Positions 11,222-22,510 of a stretch of DNA of 64,000 nt are shown here, one piece after another (the first letter of the stretch is position 1; each line of letters starts with the position of its first letter). The translations under genes were made by a program, and so were the position numbers. The notes below the pieces were generated by a model that was not told the DNA's origin, did no database searches, and saw nothing but the letters and a program-made list of their open reading frames with translations. The stretch is from an uncultured Nitrospinota bacterium (GTDB taxonomy: Bacteria > Tectomicrobia > Entotheonellia > J063 > CAVPRW01): positions 32,001 through 96,000 of the forward strand of contig CAVPRW010000029.1 in the NCBI GenBank assembly GCA_963707985.1, read 5' to 3'.

Positions 11222-11531
11222 CAGGACATAACGGCGGAACTCGGGGAGCTCATCCAGGAACAGGACACCGTGATGGGCCAGCGACACCTCACCAGGCATC
11301 GGCACCTGGCCGCCGCCGATCAGCTCCACATCCGAAATGGTGTGATGGGGGGCCCAGAAAGGGGCGGGTCGTGACCAACGCCGTGCGGTCGCCGGTGAGG
11401 CCGGCGATACTATGAATTCTCGTCGTCTCGATGGCTTCGGCCAAGGTCATGGCGGGCAAAATGGTGGTGAGGCGCCGTGCCAGCCTCGACGTGCCCGTCC
11501 CGGGGGGGCCCAGCAGGAGGAGGTTGTGGGC
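11222..11531 (-). pseudogene. comM: Internal fragment of ComM/YifB AAA+ ATPase (copy 2, degenerate Walker A, frameshifted)
   Basis: [57 protein letters not shown], then after a frameshift HHTISDV...[21 protein letters not shown]. Confidence 0.85.
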
Positions 11532-11632
11532 AGAACGCCTGCATCGTCTTTGCATTCGCCAAGACCGACGGGGTGCCGACGGCCGGTGCCGTTGACCCAC
11601 GGTTGGCGCAACCGTCAGAGGAAAGGCCCCGA

Positions 11633-11806
11633 TCATGAGAGTGCCTCCAGCAGCGCCTTGGCCTCCCGCAGGTCGGCGGCGTCAAAGCCCTCAGTGAACC
11701 AGCCGTAGATCGGCGGCAGCAGCTCAAGCGCGTCGTCGCGCTGGCCCTGCTGCCGCCACAGCCGACTGAGGCTTGTCGCCACCCGGAACTCCCAGGATTT
11801 AGCCTG
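11633..11806 (-). pseudogene. C-terminal remnant of a cyclase/ATPase-TPR protein
   Basis: [61 protein letters not shown], with no upstream gene body. Confidence 0.8.
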
Positions 11807-12159
11807 ACTTTTCCGTTGTGGTGTTTTGGCCTGATTTCATGCTGGATTCAGAGAAACACCCCATGAAAATGCATAAAAAGCAATAGCTTTCAATGATGCC
11901 ATCCCCTCATGACTCCATGATGGAGCTATGAGCTAGATGACAAACCAGAGTTCTTGGGGTGCAGAATCCTTTACAGCGGCCTTGTATGCTACGACTCATC
12001 ATCGAGTTGTATTCTCAACTTATTGATAGAAAAGCACTCTCATACGGTATAATCCGCAATTCCGCATGCACACTCGCTGAAATCATGATACGGAAAAGTA
12101 GTTAGAGTCTATTGCCGGATATCGCAGCTCTAATTTTACCAGGCCAAGATGGAAGCCCC

Positions 12160-13056
12160 TCAATAATCTTTCGGATCGAGGGCATCGTGCAGCCCGTCTC
12201 CAACCACATTGAAGGCGAGAACTGTCACAAAGATGGCGAGCCCTGGCCACCAGGCCATCCAGGGAGCCTGGTTCAGAAACCCTTGCGCGACGTTCAGCAT
12301 CGAGCCCCAGCTCGGGGTGGGAGGCTGCACGCCCAAGCCTAAGAAGGAGAGTGTCGATTCGGCGATAATCGCACCCGCGATGCTGACCGTGGCCTGCACC
12401 ATGAGCGGGGCAAAGCTGTTCGGCAAGATGTAGCGCCAGAAGATGCGCAGGTCCGACGCCCCCACCGCGCGGACCCCTTGGACGTAATCCTCTTCGCGGA
12501 CGGCTAACACCTGGCCACGCGTGAGCCGTACGAATCCAGGGACTGCCGCCAACCCAATAGCACATGTGGCATTGGTGAGCGAGGGGCCTAACGTGGCGGC
12601 GAGTGCGATGGCCAAAATGAGGAAAGGAAACGCCAGGAGGGCATCCGTAAGGCGCATGATCACCTGATCCAAGCGTCCGCGATAATAGCCCGAGATGAGT
12701 CCCACAGGGACACCCGCCACTACGGCAAGCAGCACGGAGAGCACACCTGCGAGCAGGGAGACCTGGGCGCCCCAGATCACCCGCGACAGCACATCGCGGC
12801 CCAGGTCATCCGTGCCGAGCCAGTTGTGGGCATCTGCCGGCTTGCGGATCTTCGACCAGTTCGTGGCCTGGGGATGATAGGGAGCCAGCCAGGGTGCACC
12901 GAGCGCTGCGGTGGCGAAGCCAACGATAACCACCGCGCCAATGAGCGCCAGACGCCGCCGGGTGAAGCGCCGCACCAGGCGGCGCCCCCGCTGCCAGAGG
13001 GACAGGCTCTCTGCGGGTCCTGACACTATGGGTGCCTGTATCACCGTGGACCTCAT
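12160..13056 (-). CDS. Peptide/nickel ABC transporter permease (DppC/OppC-like)
   Basis: WLGTDDLGRDVLSR, EEDYVQGVRAVG (EAA-like), LSFLGLGVQPPTPSWG. Confidence 0.95.
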   Translation of the reverse strand: MRSTVIQAPIVSGPAESLSLWQRGRRLVRRFTRRRLALIGAVVIVGFATAALGAPWLAPYHPQATNWSKIRKPADAHNWLGTDDLGRDVLSRVIWGAQVSLLAGVLSVLLAVVAGVPVGLISGYYRGRLDQVIMRLTDALLAFPFLILAIALAATLGPSLTNATCAIGLAAVPGFVRLTRGQVLAVREEDYVQGVRAVGASDLRIFWRYILPNSFAPLMVQATVSIAGAIIAESTLSFLGLGVQPPTPSWGSMLNVAQGFLNQAPWMAWWPGLAIFVTVLAFNVVGDGLHDALDPKDY

Positions 13057-14012
13057 TCTCCTTCCGCTCCCTCCAGTCGAATACGCGGATTGATCAGGGA
13101 ATATGCGATATCGACCAGCAGATTCACCAACAGATAGCCGACGGCGGTAATCAGGACAACCGCCTGCACCTGCGCGTAATCTCGGCTAAAGACGCCGTCG
13201 AGACTGTACTTCCCAAAGCCAGGGATGAGGAAAACTTGCTCGGTGATGATGGCGCCGCCAAAGAGGGCACCAGCTTGTAATCCCAAGACGGTCACGGCGG
13301 GTATCAATGCGTTGCGCAGGGCATGTTTATAGACCACGGGGCGTTCAGCCAGTCCTTTGGCGCGGGCGGTTCGCACGTAGTCCGCTTGCAAGACCGCGAG
13401 TATGCTGCTCCGGATCTGACGCATCAAGACGGCAGTTAACCCCGTGCCCAGTACGAAGGCCGGCATGAGCATGCGCCGGAGATTCTCCACCAGGTTGTCA
13501 CACGGGGAGACATAGCCCGAGGCGGGCAGCCAGTGCCAGTGCACGGAGAGCCAGAGAATCAACATGATGCCCAACCAGAAATGTGGCACCGAGAGTCCAA
13601 AGAGCGCCACAGCATTGCCGAGATAATCCCACACCGTGCCCTTTCGTACCGCCGAGAGCACGCCAGCCGGGAGAGCAATCACGATGGCTACCAGGAGGGC
13701 GAAAAGCGCCAGTTCCAGCGTAATCGGCAGCCGGCGCATGATTTCGTCCCGGACGTCGATGCCGGTGCGAATCGAGCGCCCCAGGTCGCCCTGTACCGCC
13801 AGGCCGAGCCAGGTGAGATACTGCAGGGGGATCGGTTGATCCAGGCCGTACTTACGTCGGAAGAACGCCAGTGACTCCGGGTCTTGCTCTTCACCGGCCC
13901 AGACGCGCACCGGGTCCCCCGGCAACAGGCGTTGACTGGCAAAGACCATGAGCGTGATGAGAAACAAGACGATGAGCGAAATCAACAGGCGGCGGACAAT
14001 GAACTGTATCAC
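13053..14012 (-). CDS. Peptide/nickel ABC transporter permease (DppB/OppB-like)
   Basis: LPGDP, GLDQP, GDLGRS, DYVRTARAKGL, HALRNALIP. Confidence 0.95.
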   Translation of the reverse strand: MIQFIVRRLLISLIVLFLITLMVFASQRLLPGDPVRVWAGEEQDPESLAFFRRKYGLDQPIPLQYLTWLGLAVQGDLGRSIRTGIDVRDEIMRRLPITLELALFALLVAIVIALPAGVLSAVRKGTVWDYLGNAVALFGLSVPHFWLGIMLILWLSVHWHWLPASGYVSPCDNLVENLRRMLMPAFVLGTGLTAVLMRQIRSSILAVLQADYVRTARAKGLAERPVVYKHALRNALIPAVTVLGLQAGALFGGAIITEQVFLIPGFGKYSLDGVFSRDYAQVQAVVLITAVGYLLVNLLVDIAYSLINPRIRLEGAEGE

Positions 14013-14029
14013 CGCCCTCGCGCCTCCTC

Positions 14030-15628
14030 TTACTGTCCGATCTTAACTCCTTGAAAGCGGAGCAAGCCATCCGGGACCGCCACAAAGCCAGTCACCTTTT
14101 TGTTCAGGGCGACGAAATTCACGGGATGCCAGAGGTACATGATGTTGCGCCGCGTCAGGAATGAGCGCTCAAGCGGTGCTTGCACGTCCATCACCTGTGC
14201 GTATAACACGGCACGCTGGGCCCTGTCGTCCACGGCGCGCGTCTGCTTCAGGACCTCATCGATGGCTTGATCACACACCCCCGTCACATTCTGCGAGGCC
14301 CCACAGGTGTGGAAATTATAGATGTTTCCATCCGGATCGATGCGTCCACTCCAGCCAATCAGAAACGCCTCGTATTTCCCCGCGTCCTGCAGATTCAGGG
14401 CGGTGGCGAACTCCACCGGGTTGATCGTGACCTCGAAGCCGGTTTCGGCTGCCATCGCCTTGATGACTTCGCCCGTGCGGATCGCATCCGGCGCGTTGGT
14501 GGTCATCAGGGTGAACTTCATGGGTGTAGGGACACCCGCTTGCGCCAGCAATTGTTTCGCCTTGGCGACATCACGCTCGGCGCACGTCATCCCCTGCGGA
14601 TAGAAAACGCTCAGCGTCGGAATCGGCAGACAATTGGGCAGGAACTCGCCGTTGTTGATGACGTCATTGAGCACTTTGCGATCGATGCTGACCTCCAACG
14701 CTTCCCGCACCCGCGGGTCCTTGGCGAGCGGCGTGTTCAACGGTCTCGGGGCCTTGCTAAGGCCGTCGCTATTAGCGATGTTGATGGTGATGCCCTGGTA
14801 GCCCAGGCCGACCACTGAGGAGAGCACCACATTTCGATCCTTACGAACTTCAGCGAGGTCGGTGGGACGCACGCGCTCGAACAGGTCCAATTCACCAGCT
14901 TGTAGATTCGCCAGCCGCACACTGGGATCGACGATAATCTTAAAGACGATCTGATCAACGAAAACCTTGTCTCGCTCCCAGTATTCGGCAAAACGCTCCA
15001 GCACGATCCGATCCTGCGCGACGCGCTCCTTGAACTTGAATGGTCCCGCACAGACAGGCTGCGTGCCGAATTTCTCCCCCAGCGCTTGCACCGCCTGCGG
15101 CGAAACCATCATACCGGCGCGATCTGTCAACTGCGCCAGGAACGGTGCAAAGGGGTTATGCAGGGTGAGACGAATGGTGAAGGCATCGACGACCTCGACT
15201 TTGTCGAGGGAAGCAATATCGCTTTTACGCTGCGAACCGGGCAGGTTGACATGTCTCTCCAGGCTGAATTTAGCGGCCTCGGCGTTGAAATCCGTGCCAT
15301 CGTGGAATTTGACGCCCTGGCGCAGGGGGATCGTCAGGGTCTTCCCATCGGCGGCACGTTGTGGCAGACTCGCCGCCAGCTGCGGCACGATCTGTAAGGC
15401 AGGGTCGATTTCATAAAGCTTATCGCACAGGCTGGCGAAAACGATTCGTCCAACGAACGTGCGCGCCAGGGTAGGATCCAGAATATCTGGATCTTCGGCC
15501 AACCCCACCCGCAGGACTTGCGGCGTTTGGGCATACCCACTCGGTGTGGGTGGCAGGGTCAGCCCCAGGCTCATAACAAGGAGCCCCAGCACGGCACAGC
15601 GGAACCAACCGACCAGCAGATTCATCAA
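14030..15628 (-). CDS. ABC transporter substrate-binding protein, family 5 (DppA-like)
   Basis: Signal peptide, LRQGVKFHDGTDFNA, GPFKF, VREAL. Confidence 0.95.
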   Translation of the reverse strand: MMNLLVGWFRCAVLGLLVMSLGLTLPPTPSGYAQTPQVLRVGLAEDPDILDPTLARTFVGRIVFASLCDKLYEIDPALQIVPQLAASLPQRAADGKTLTIPLRQGVKFHDGTDFNAEAAKFSLERHVNLPGSQRKSDIASLDKVEVVDAFTIRLTLHNPFAPFLAQLTDRAGMMVSPQAVQALGEKFGTQPVCAGPFKFKERVAQDRIVLERFAEYWERDKVFVDQIVFKIIVDPSVRLANLQAGELDLFERVRPTDLAEVRKDRNVVLSSVVGLGYQGITINIANSDGLSKAPRPLNTPLAKDPRVREALEVSIDRKVLNDVINNGEFLPNCLPIPTLSVFYPQGMTCAERDVAKAKQLLAQAGVPTPMKFTLMTTNAPDAIRTGEVIKAMAAETGFEVTINPVEFATALNLQDAGKYEAFLIGWSGRIDPDGNIYNFHTCGASQNVTGVCDQAIDEVLKQTRAVDDRAQRAVLYAQVMDVQAPLERSFLTRRNIMYLWHPVNFVALNKKVTGFVAVPDGLLRFQGVKIGQ

Positions 15629-15701
15629 CGTAACCCCCTCTGTGTCAGGCGTAACTCCCTCTTGCGGGCAAACCCATCTGGCAGGATAGCCTCAGTGTCC
15701 C

Positions 15702-18700
15702 TCAGTGTCCCTCCACCTGCACCATCGTCGCCTCCGTCTGGGGAAGCCAGAAGGTCATTTCCATGGCGCGGTACAGGGCGATGGCGGCGGCCAACTCGGC
15801 ACGCGCCTGCTCCCGCTGGCTGGTCGCGGCATACAGGGTGCCGAGCCCGCGATGGCAGTGGGCCAGGAGTGGGCGCATGCCGAGTTCTTCGGCCAGGGTG
15901 AGGGCCTGGCGGTAGTAATCTTTGGCCGACTCGACCTCTGGAGGCTCGTGATGCGCGGCGATCTCACCGAGCAGGTGCAGGGCATAGGCTTGGTATCCAC
16001 GTTGCTTGTACTCCTGGGCGAGGCTGAGGGCATGCTGCGCACGTTTGAGCGCATCCTCGATGCGGCCGGCCAGTACATATGCCTTGCTCAGATGAACAAA
16101 GTAGAGTGCATGGCCGCCCCTTCTTCCCTGCGAGGCGGCCTGCTCCAGCAGCGGCAGGGCCTCAAGAACCCGCCCAGACAGGGCATACGCGGTGCCCAAG
16201 GCCCGCGTCACCTGGGGCAATCAAGGTCGGAATGTCCCAGGCCTGGCAGAGTTCAAGGCCACGTTCGAGCACAGGGATGCCTCGGTGGACAGTCCCCTTG
16301 GTCGAGGTAGAGCTTGCCGATCCCGGAATACGCCCAAATGAGGCTAAAGGGGTGATCCATCGTCTCAGCGATCCGGACCCCTTCTTCTCCTCTGGCGGTG
16401 CCCTCGGCGAACGCTCCCAGCTCGGCCAGGGACCAGCTCAAGTAAGTACGGGAGAGCACGGAGGGAAGGCCGGTCATGCCGAAGCGCTCACGGATCAGGT
16501 CACCTTCAAGGGACGCCACATTCCACCTGAGGCAGTCGAGCGCCCGACCGTAGTCACCCAGGTCATAGTAGACAGAGCCAGATAGAAATTCGCTATGGAC
16601 CTGAAGGCCGACATCCCCAAGGGTGGTGGCGAGCGCGAGCGCGCGCTGCCCGGACTCACGGGCACGGTCCAGGTCACTCATCATCCTGAAAGTATTCGGT
16701 CATATAGACGGAGACCTGCCCCAGCCGCTGGCGATCGTCCAAGACCTGGGCGAGGGTCTCCGCCTCGCGCAGGTGGTCGAAGATGCGCGCCTGATCTCCA
16801 AGCGGCAGGAGCGCATTGCGCAGGTCGAAGCGCAGATCGATGGCCTGCTCCCAGGTAGTCTGGCTGCTCAGGGAGATGCTGCAGGGCGATCAGCGCCTGC
16901 TCAAAGCACCCTACCGCTTCCCGGTGGGCCGAACGCGCCGTCGCTTTGGCACCGGCCTGACGACAGTAACGCAGGGCCTTCTCCCACACCTCACCCCGGA
17001 AGGCATGGTGCGCCAGCCGTTCGACCTGTTCGGCCAGGCGGTCGGGAGAGAGCCGTTCGATGGCTTCGACGATCCCGGCGTGGAGGGCGCGCCGTCGCTC
17101 ACGCAGGAGACTGCCGTAGGCCACCTCGTGCGTGAGGGCGTGCTTAAACGTGTATTCGAGCTCGGGAAAGAGGCGCGTCTCATAGAGGAACTCAGCCGTC
17201 TGCAGGTGGGCGAGCGCCCCGGCGCAGGGTCTCCTCGGAGAGTGCGGCGATGGCCTGCAGCAGCGCGAAGGGGACGTCATTGCCAATGACCGCGGCGGTC
17301 TGGAGGAGGCGCTTCTCCTCGGGCGGCAATCGGTCCATACGGGCGGCGAGGACCGCCTGGACGGTGGCCGGGCACCTGGATGGTTGGCAGCGACCTGCGC
17401 CAGGCGATAGGCCCCAGGCTCACCGACCAGGACGCCTGGCTCTCGACCAGGGTGCGGACGCTCTCTTCCAGGAAGAACGGATTCCCCTCAGTGCGCGTGA
17501 TCAGCAGGTCGCTGGAGCGGTTGCAGGCTCGCGATCGTCCCCGAGCAGGACCTGGAGGAATCCGTCAGCACTGACGGCTGGCAGCGGGTCGAGGCGCAGC
17601 TGGGCGTAGTAGGTCTTACTGCCCCAGCCGTGCTGGTACTCGGGGCGGTAGTTGACGAGGAGGAGGAGGCGCGCGGTCGGCAGGCTTTCAACGAGGCTAT
17701 CGAGGAACGCCTGGGTCTCGGTATCGATCCAGTGGAGGTTTTCGCAGACCAGCAGCACCGGCTGGACCTGACTCTCGCGCAGCAGGAGGCGCTTGAGCGC
17801 GTCCAGGGTCCGCTGGCGGCGTTGGGGCGGATCGAGGGCCTGCCACGCGCGGTCGTCCACCGGCACATCCAGGAGCGCGAGCACGGCAGGCAGGAGCGGG
17901 GCGAGGGCTGGATCCAGCGTACCCAGTTTGCCGGTGACTTTCTCGCGCATCTGCCCCTCGTCATCGCGTGCCTCGAGCTGAAAGTAGGCGTTGAGCAGCT
18001 CACGGACAGGGTGATAGGGCGTCGCCTGCCCGTAGGAGGTCGCCTGACTTTCGAGCAGGAGCCACCCCTGGGTCCACGGGGCACAGAGGAACTCGTAGAA
18101 GAGGCGGGTCTTCCCCACCCCAGGCTCCCCGATGACGGCCACGAGCTGGCCGTGGCCCGCACCGGCCAGCGCATGGGCTTGGCGCATCGCCTCGAACTCC
18201 GCTTGTCGCCCCACGAAGCGCGTGAGCGCACGGGCTGCGAAGGCCTGGAGGCGCGTCCGAGGAGGCCCGGCACCCACCAGCTCAAAGACCTCGAGAGGCT
18301 GTGCCAGCCCCCTGATCGGCGTCAGGCCGAGCGGCTTGACCTGGACCACCTCCTCGGCGAGCCGGAGGGTCTCCGCCGTCAGCAGGATGCTCCCAGGCGT
18401 GGCGAGCTGTTCCATGCGGGCCGCCAGATGCGTGGTCTGCCCGATGGCCGAGTAATCCATATGCAGATCGTTGCCGATAGCACGGACCACGACTTCACCT
18501 GAGTTGAGCCCCACCCGGATCTGGATCTCGACCTGGTGAGTCTGGCGGACCTGGTCGGCGTATGCCCTGATCGCCTCTTGCATGGCCAGGGCGGCATAGC
18601 AGGCCCGCACGGCATGATCTTCATGGGCGATGGGAGCGCCGAAGAGCGCCATGATGCCATCGCCCATGACCTGATTGACGGTGCCTTCATACCGATGCAC

Positions 18701-19140
18701 CGCGGCCATCATCCGTTCCAGCACGGGATCGAGGAGCTGGCGGGCCTCTCAGGATCACGGTCGGCCAGGAGCTCCATCGAGCCTTTGAGGTCGGCAAACA
18801 GCACGGTGACCTGTTTGCGCTCGCCTTCCAGCGCACTGCGGGAGGTGAGGATCTTCTCAGCAAGATATGGTGGCGTGTAGGTCAGCGGTGTCACGGTGCT
18901 GGATATCTTGCTGGGACTGGCAGTGGCGAGGGGCGTAGTGCCAGAGTCGCCCGATCCAGACCAGGACTGCGGCCCGTCGTCATCGCGCAGCGAGGTGATG
19001 GGCGTCAGATGAGTTCGTCCTTGAGCTCCTCGAGGGCGTCGTCATCCAGCTGAAACTGCCGCTGTGAGTGCTCGGTACGTCACACGCTGCCGCTGACGGA
19101 GCAGGTCGACCACCTGATCGAGGATGGTGTAAAAGTCCAT
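15702..19140 (-). CDS. Class III cyclase - AAA ATPase - TPR protein, broken by many frameshifts (sequencing error or pseudogene)
   Basis: Start MDFYTILDQVVDLLRQ at 19140 (GGAGG RBS). Successive fragments 18709-18894, 17501-18724, 16681-17286, 16253-16684 and 15702-16220 are colinear with the 7491-10875 paralog. Confidence 0.85.
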
Positions 19141-19257
19141 CTGGGACCCTCCTACACGGTCGGAGGTGATTCCGGACCCACGGCGGCACACGGTCAAGAG
19201 AGGGCAGACACGCGCGCTATGTACCACAGATGACGGGGAAAGGAAAGCGGGAAGTGT

Positions 19258-19352
19258 GCAATGGCGTCAGGTTGGGGTCGCCGCCGAGGACGGCCCGCAG
19301 CAATGCGTCGGCGCTTGCCGGCGGCAGCGGGTCGAGCCGCAGTTGTGTGTAA
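19258..19352 (-). pseudogene. Isolated internal fragment of another cyclase-AAA-TPR gene
   Basis: YTQLRLDPLPPASADALLRAVLGGDPNLTPL matches the YTQLRLDPLAP segment of both paralogs. Confidence 0.65.
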
Positions 19353-19356
19353 GTAA

Positions 19357-20571
19357 CTACCCAGGTAGGTTAAAGGTCCCGCCGCAATCAGTAGCCTTAC
19401 TGAATGTCTGAGGAAGAGATACAAGGGTTCCCATCAAAGGCGTCCCGGATGGCCTCAAAGACGTTTGTAACTGCTCTGCCTTCAGTAAAGTCTGAAACTC
19501 ATCGACTTGCCCCTGGTCAAGATTTAATTTCCAGTAGCCGGGATCGCCGACCACCTCGTTCACGTTCGTTACCCGCGTCAGGCTCGGAGCGGCGCTCGCG
19601 CCGGTTTCACCGCCGAGGTGCCCTTGGAGTGCTCCCTGTGGAGTGTCCGGCAGGGCCATATCCTTTCCCTTCAGCCATCGAAACACGTCCTCATAAACTT
19701 CGGCGATCATCGGCAGATCGCCGTGGACGCCCTTCACATAGCGTGTGTCACCGACACTTTCCAGCGCCGCAGAAGCGCCAGGGACTCGCCCGTCACCATC
19801 TCTATGGGGGTCGCCCGCGGTGCGACTCGTCACCTTCTCCGTATGCGTCCGGAGACCCCAAAACCTCTTCTCATAGGCCAGCCGGAACAGGGTTTCGCAG
19901 CCGACGCCAGCGATGACAGCCATGCGGTCGCGCTGCTCCTGTTTCAGACTCTCGTGCTTCTCGGAGACTTCGCGGTGAAACTCCTTCGCGCCGTCGAGGA
20001 CTTTTTGCAAGTTGGCGGTTTCTTCGGCGCTCAGTTCCAGCTTCCACTGCTCCGCGTCGTACATGTCGAAGTTGGCGCAGGGGTGGACGTAAGGATCGTC
20101 GGGTTCGCCGCTCGACCAGGGCTCCCTGTCGCCAGCTCGCGTGCCCGGGTAGATCCCACGCGGCGCGGGCGGCATGCCGAGCACTCCCCAGAGCGAACGG
20201 ACGGTTTCGCGGTGGAGGTAGAGGCCGAGCAACGCCATCAATCCGCGTGTACCAATATTCTGTGGTTCGATTTAGTTACGCGCGCGGGCGTCGATTCACC
20301 AGACGCCGCCACGCCCGCGTGACAGCAAGCTGCCCATTACGCCCGGTATGAAGATCAGGTTAGGCGGGATATTCATCCCGAGATGCCCCTTCCTTGCGGC
20401 CTCGCGTTCGGCGGCCAGCCTATGCAGTTCGTCATAAGCCTCCTGGCCCAGGTAGTCGCGCAGCTTGGGGGCCAGCTTGTCGTCAAGGGCCTTACCGAAT
20501 TTCTCGTTCAGCGGGGCCGTCAGGAACCCTTCAACGTCTGGGTCGTTGACAACATTCTGCTCGGTTGACAT
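19357..20571 (-). pseudogene. LCAT/PGAP1-like lipase-acyltransferase, internally deleted
   Basis: IFIPGVMGSLL N-terminal motif, then a stop (GGVW*ID). The downstream piece has GDGRVP and HGDLP (catalytic Asp/His), but the GxSxG nucleophile segment is missing. Confidence 0.65.
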
Positions 20572-20583
20572 GCCTCCTCCCGT

Positions 20584-22186
20584 TTATTGGTGGACGCGCA
20601 GCGCGTCGACTTCGCTCTCGGTCGCCATGTACAACTCGTACAGACTCGTACAGGTTGATGTAGGCGTAAAGCAGGCCGCCGATGTTGCGGTACTCGCGCC
20701 AGAGGAAGCGGCGGGCCTGGAAGACGACCTCGCCGGCGGCGATAGGTTCGGGGGCGAGGTCGCGGAAGAAGAAGCTGTAGAAGATTTTGGCGAACCGGCT
20801 GGCGAACCGTATCGGGACCTTGACTTCAGTGCCGAGGTAGGAACGGCAGCCGCGCTCAAAGAAGGTTTGCTCCAACTCGTTGGCGATGTAGGGGTCGGAG
20901 GGGGCACTCGTGCAGGCGTTGATAAAGATGAGCGGGCCGCTCTCGAACGGTGTCTCGCTCAGGTCGGTCTGCTTGACGTTGTCGGACGGGTCTTTGGTCT
21001 TGCCGAAACGCAGCGCGGGCTTGTTGCCGTCGCCCACGTCTCAATGGCAGAAGCAGTAGAGCACGGGAGTGGGCTTCTGCGGGGGCTTGTTGAAAAGCGC
21101 CCGGACCTGCTGCTTGAACGAGTCGGTTATCTTACTGTTGGGCACGAACATCTGGTTGCCCCACTTCGCCCACTCGGCCTGCTGCCACCTCACCTCTTCG
21201 ACGAGTTCCTGGTCGTCGTCGCCCCAGTAGAACCCGTAGGCGCTCGCTGTGGCGTGGAGACCGCCCATGGCGGGCGACAGCCCAGTGTCCGTTGTCTCGT
21301 GCGCGAGGTAGTTGAAGCGGTAGCGCAGCCCCCAGAAATATATCGGATCGACGGGCTGTCCCAGTACTGGTGTCTGCGCGTAGAGCAGACTCCAGGGGAC
21401 GTGCGCGACCCAATGCTGGTCGATGCCCTCAAGCCAGGTGATGTTGACTCGCCCATTCGGATCAAGGCTGTTGAGCCACAGGCGCAGTTTGGTGTTGTCG
21501 GGGAAGAAAGTTTTGTAGAGTTCGTACCCGTAGTAAGCGAGGTGGAATAACTCCTGGCTGGTGGCAATCTTCTGGTTCCACACGTCCGTGTGCGCTGGGT
21601 CAGCACGGTTGCTTTCCCAAAACGTGTTTGGGTTGTTCTTGAAGTATGACAGCTTTTCATCGAGGTTTCCTCGGTCTATATTGTTGAGTTCGTCACTGAA
21701 CTTCGTGCGAAATTTGTCGGCGCTGTCGCGTACGTTCGTGATGCGGCCGGCGAGCTTCGGGAGCGGTAGGTTCCAGTCGGCGTGGCTGACAACCGAGTGC
21801 CAGCGGTTTGTGGCGGAGTCCCACACGTCGCCCCTCACGGCGGCCCTCCCATTGCCGGTGACGGTGATGGCGAGCGTGCCAAGTGGCGTTTGCCACTCGT
21901 GCTGTGGCTTCAGGCCCGTATACTCGAGCCGCGTGTGAACGACATCAGCGGCGACTTTGGCTGAAGGCTCGGTGGTCGTTTCCGGCGGCGATGCTTCCGC
22001 GACGTTCAGTTCAATTCTAAACTGACGGTGGAGCGTGTTTCGCGCGAAGATGACGATTCCGAGCTCAGACCCCTGGGCGACCAGCGGCGTAATGCACAGC
22101 TGCCGCGTGTCGCTCTCGCCACTTTTCGGGGCGCTGTCCAGGTCTATGCGGGCGTAGCGGTAGGGATCGTCGGAGCTACCGTCATG
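20584..22186 (-). pseudogene. CHAT (caspase HetF-associated) domain protein, inactivated
   Basis: VPWSLLY...FWGLRY, YCFCH (His), LIFINACTS (Cys), YLGTE..VP..FASRFA..FY. In-frame TGA at 21041-21043 and a 10-bp tandem duplication frameshift at 20634-20653. Confidence 0.75.
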
Positions 22187-22510
22187 CTACTCGTCATTGT
22201 CTTCCTCTTTTCCGAAAGGTGTTGGTCACTGCGGAATCCGCGCGACCAGGTCTTTGAGCGCTCTGCGTTCCTCGTCAAGGCACTGAATGTGCTCCAATAA
22301 CAGGTGTCGAGGACTCGGTTGCCCGCCGGCGATGAGCTGCTATATCACGAGCACGGGGCGATAATCGCTCTGGAGATTGTCACGGAAGTCGTGTCAGCGC
22401 CAAGGTCCGGGCCTTCGTTTAGAGGCCAAGCCCGCATCACTTCGTGCGCAGTCACTAGGGCAGGCCAGTCGATTCGGACAAACACGTCATGATGCCGGCC
22501 TGGGGTGTAT

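Noticed and set aside
21041..21043. In-frame TGA next to the catalytic His of the CHAT gene as a second selenocysteine
   Set aside because: No convincing SECIS geometry, the position is not the catalytic Cys, and the gene has other inactivating lesions, so a nonsense mutation is more likely.
20296..21043. Genome-wide UGA reassignment (code 4 or 25) suggested by several in-frame TGAs
   Set aside because: Many intact genes here end in TGA and use TGG for Trp.
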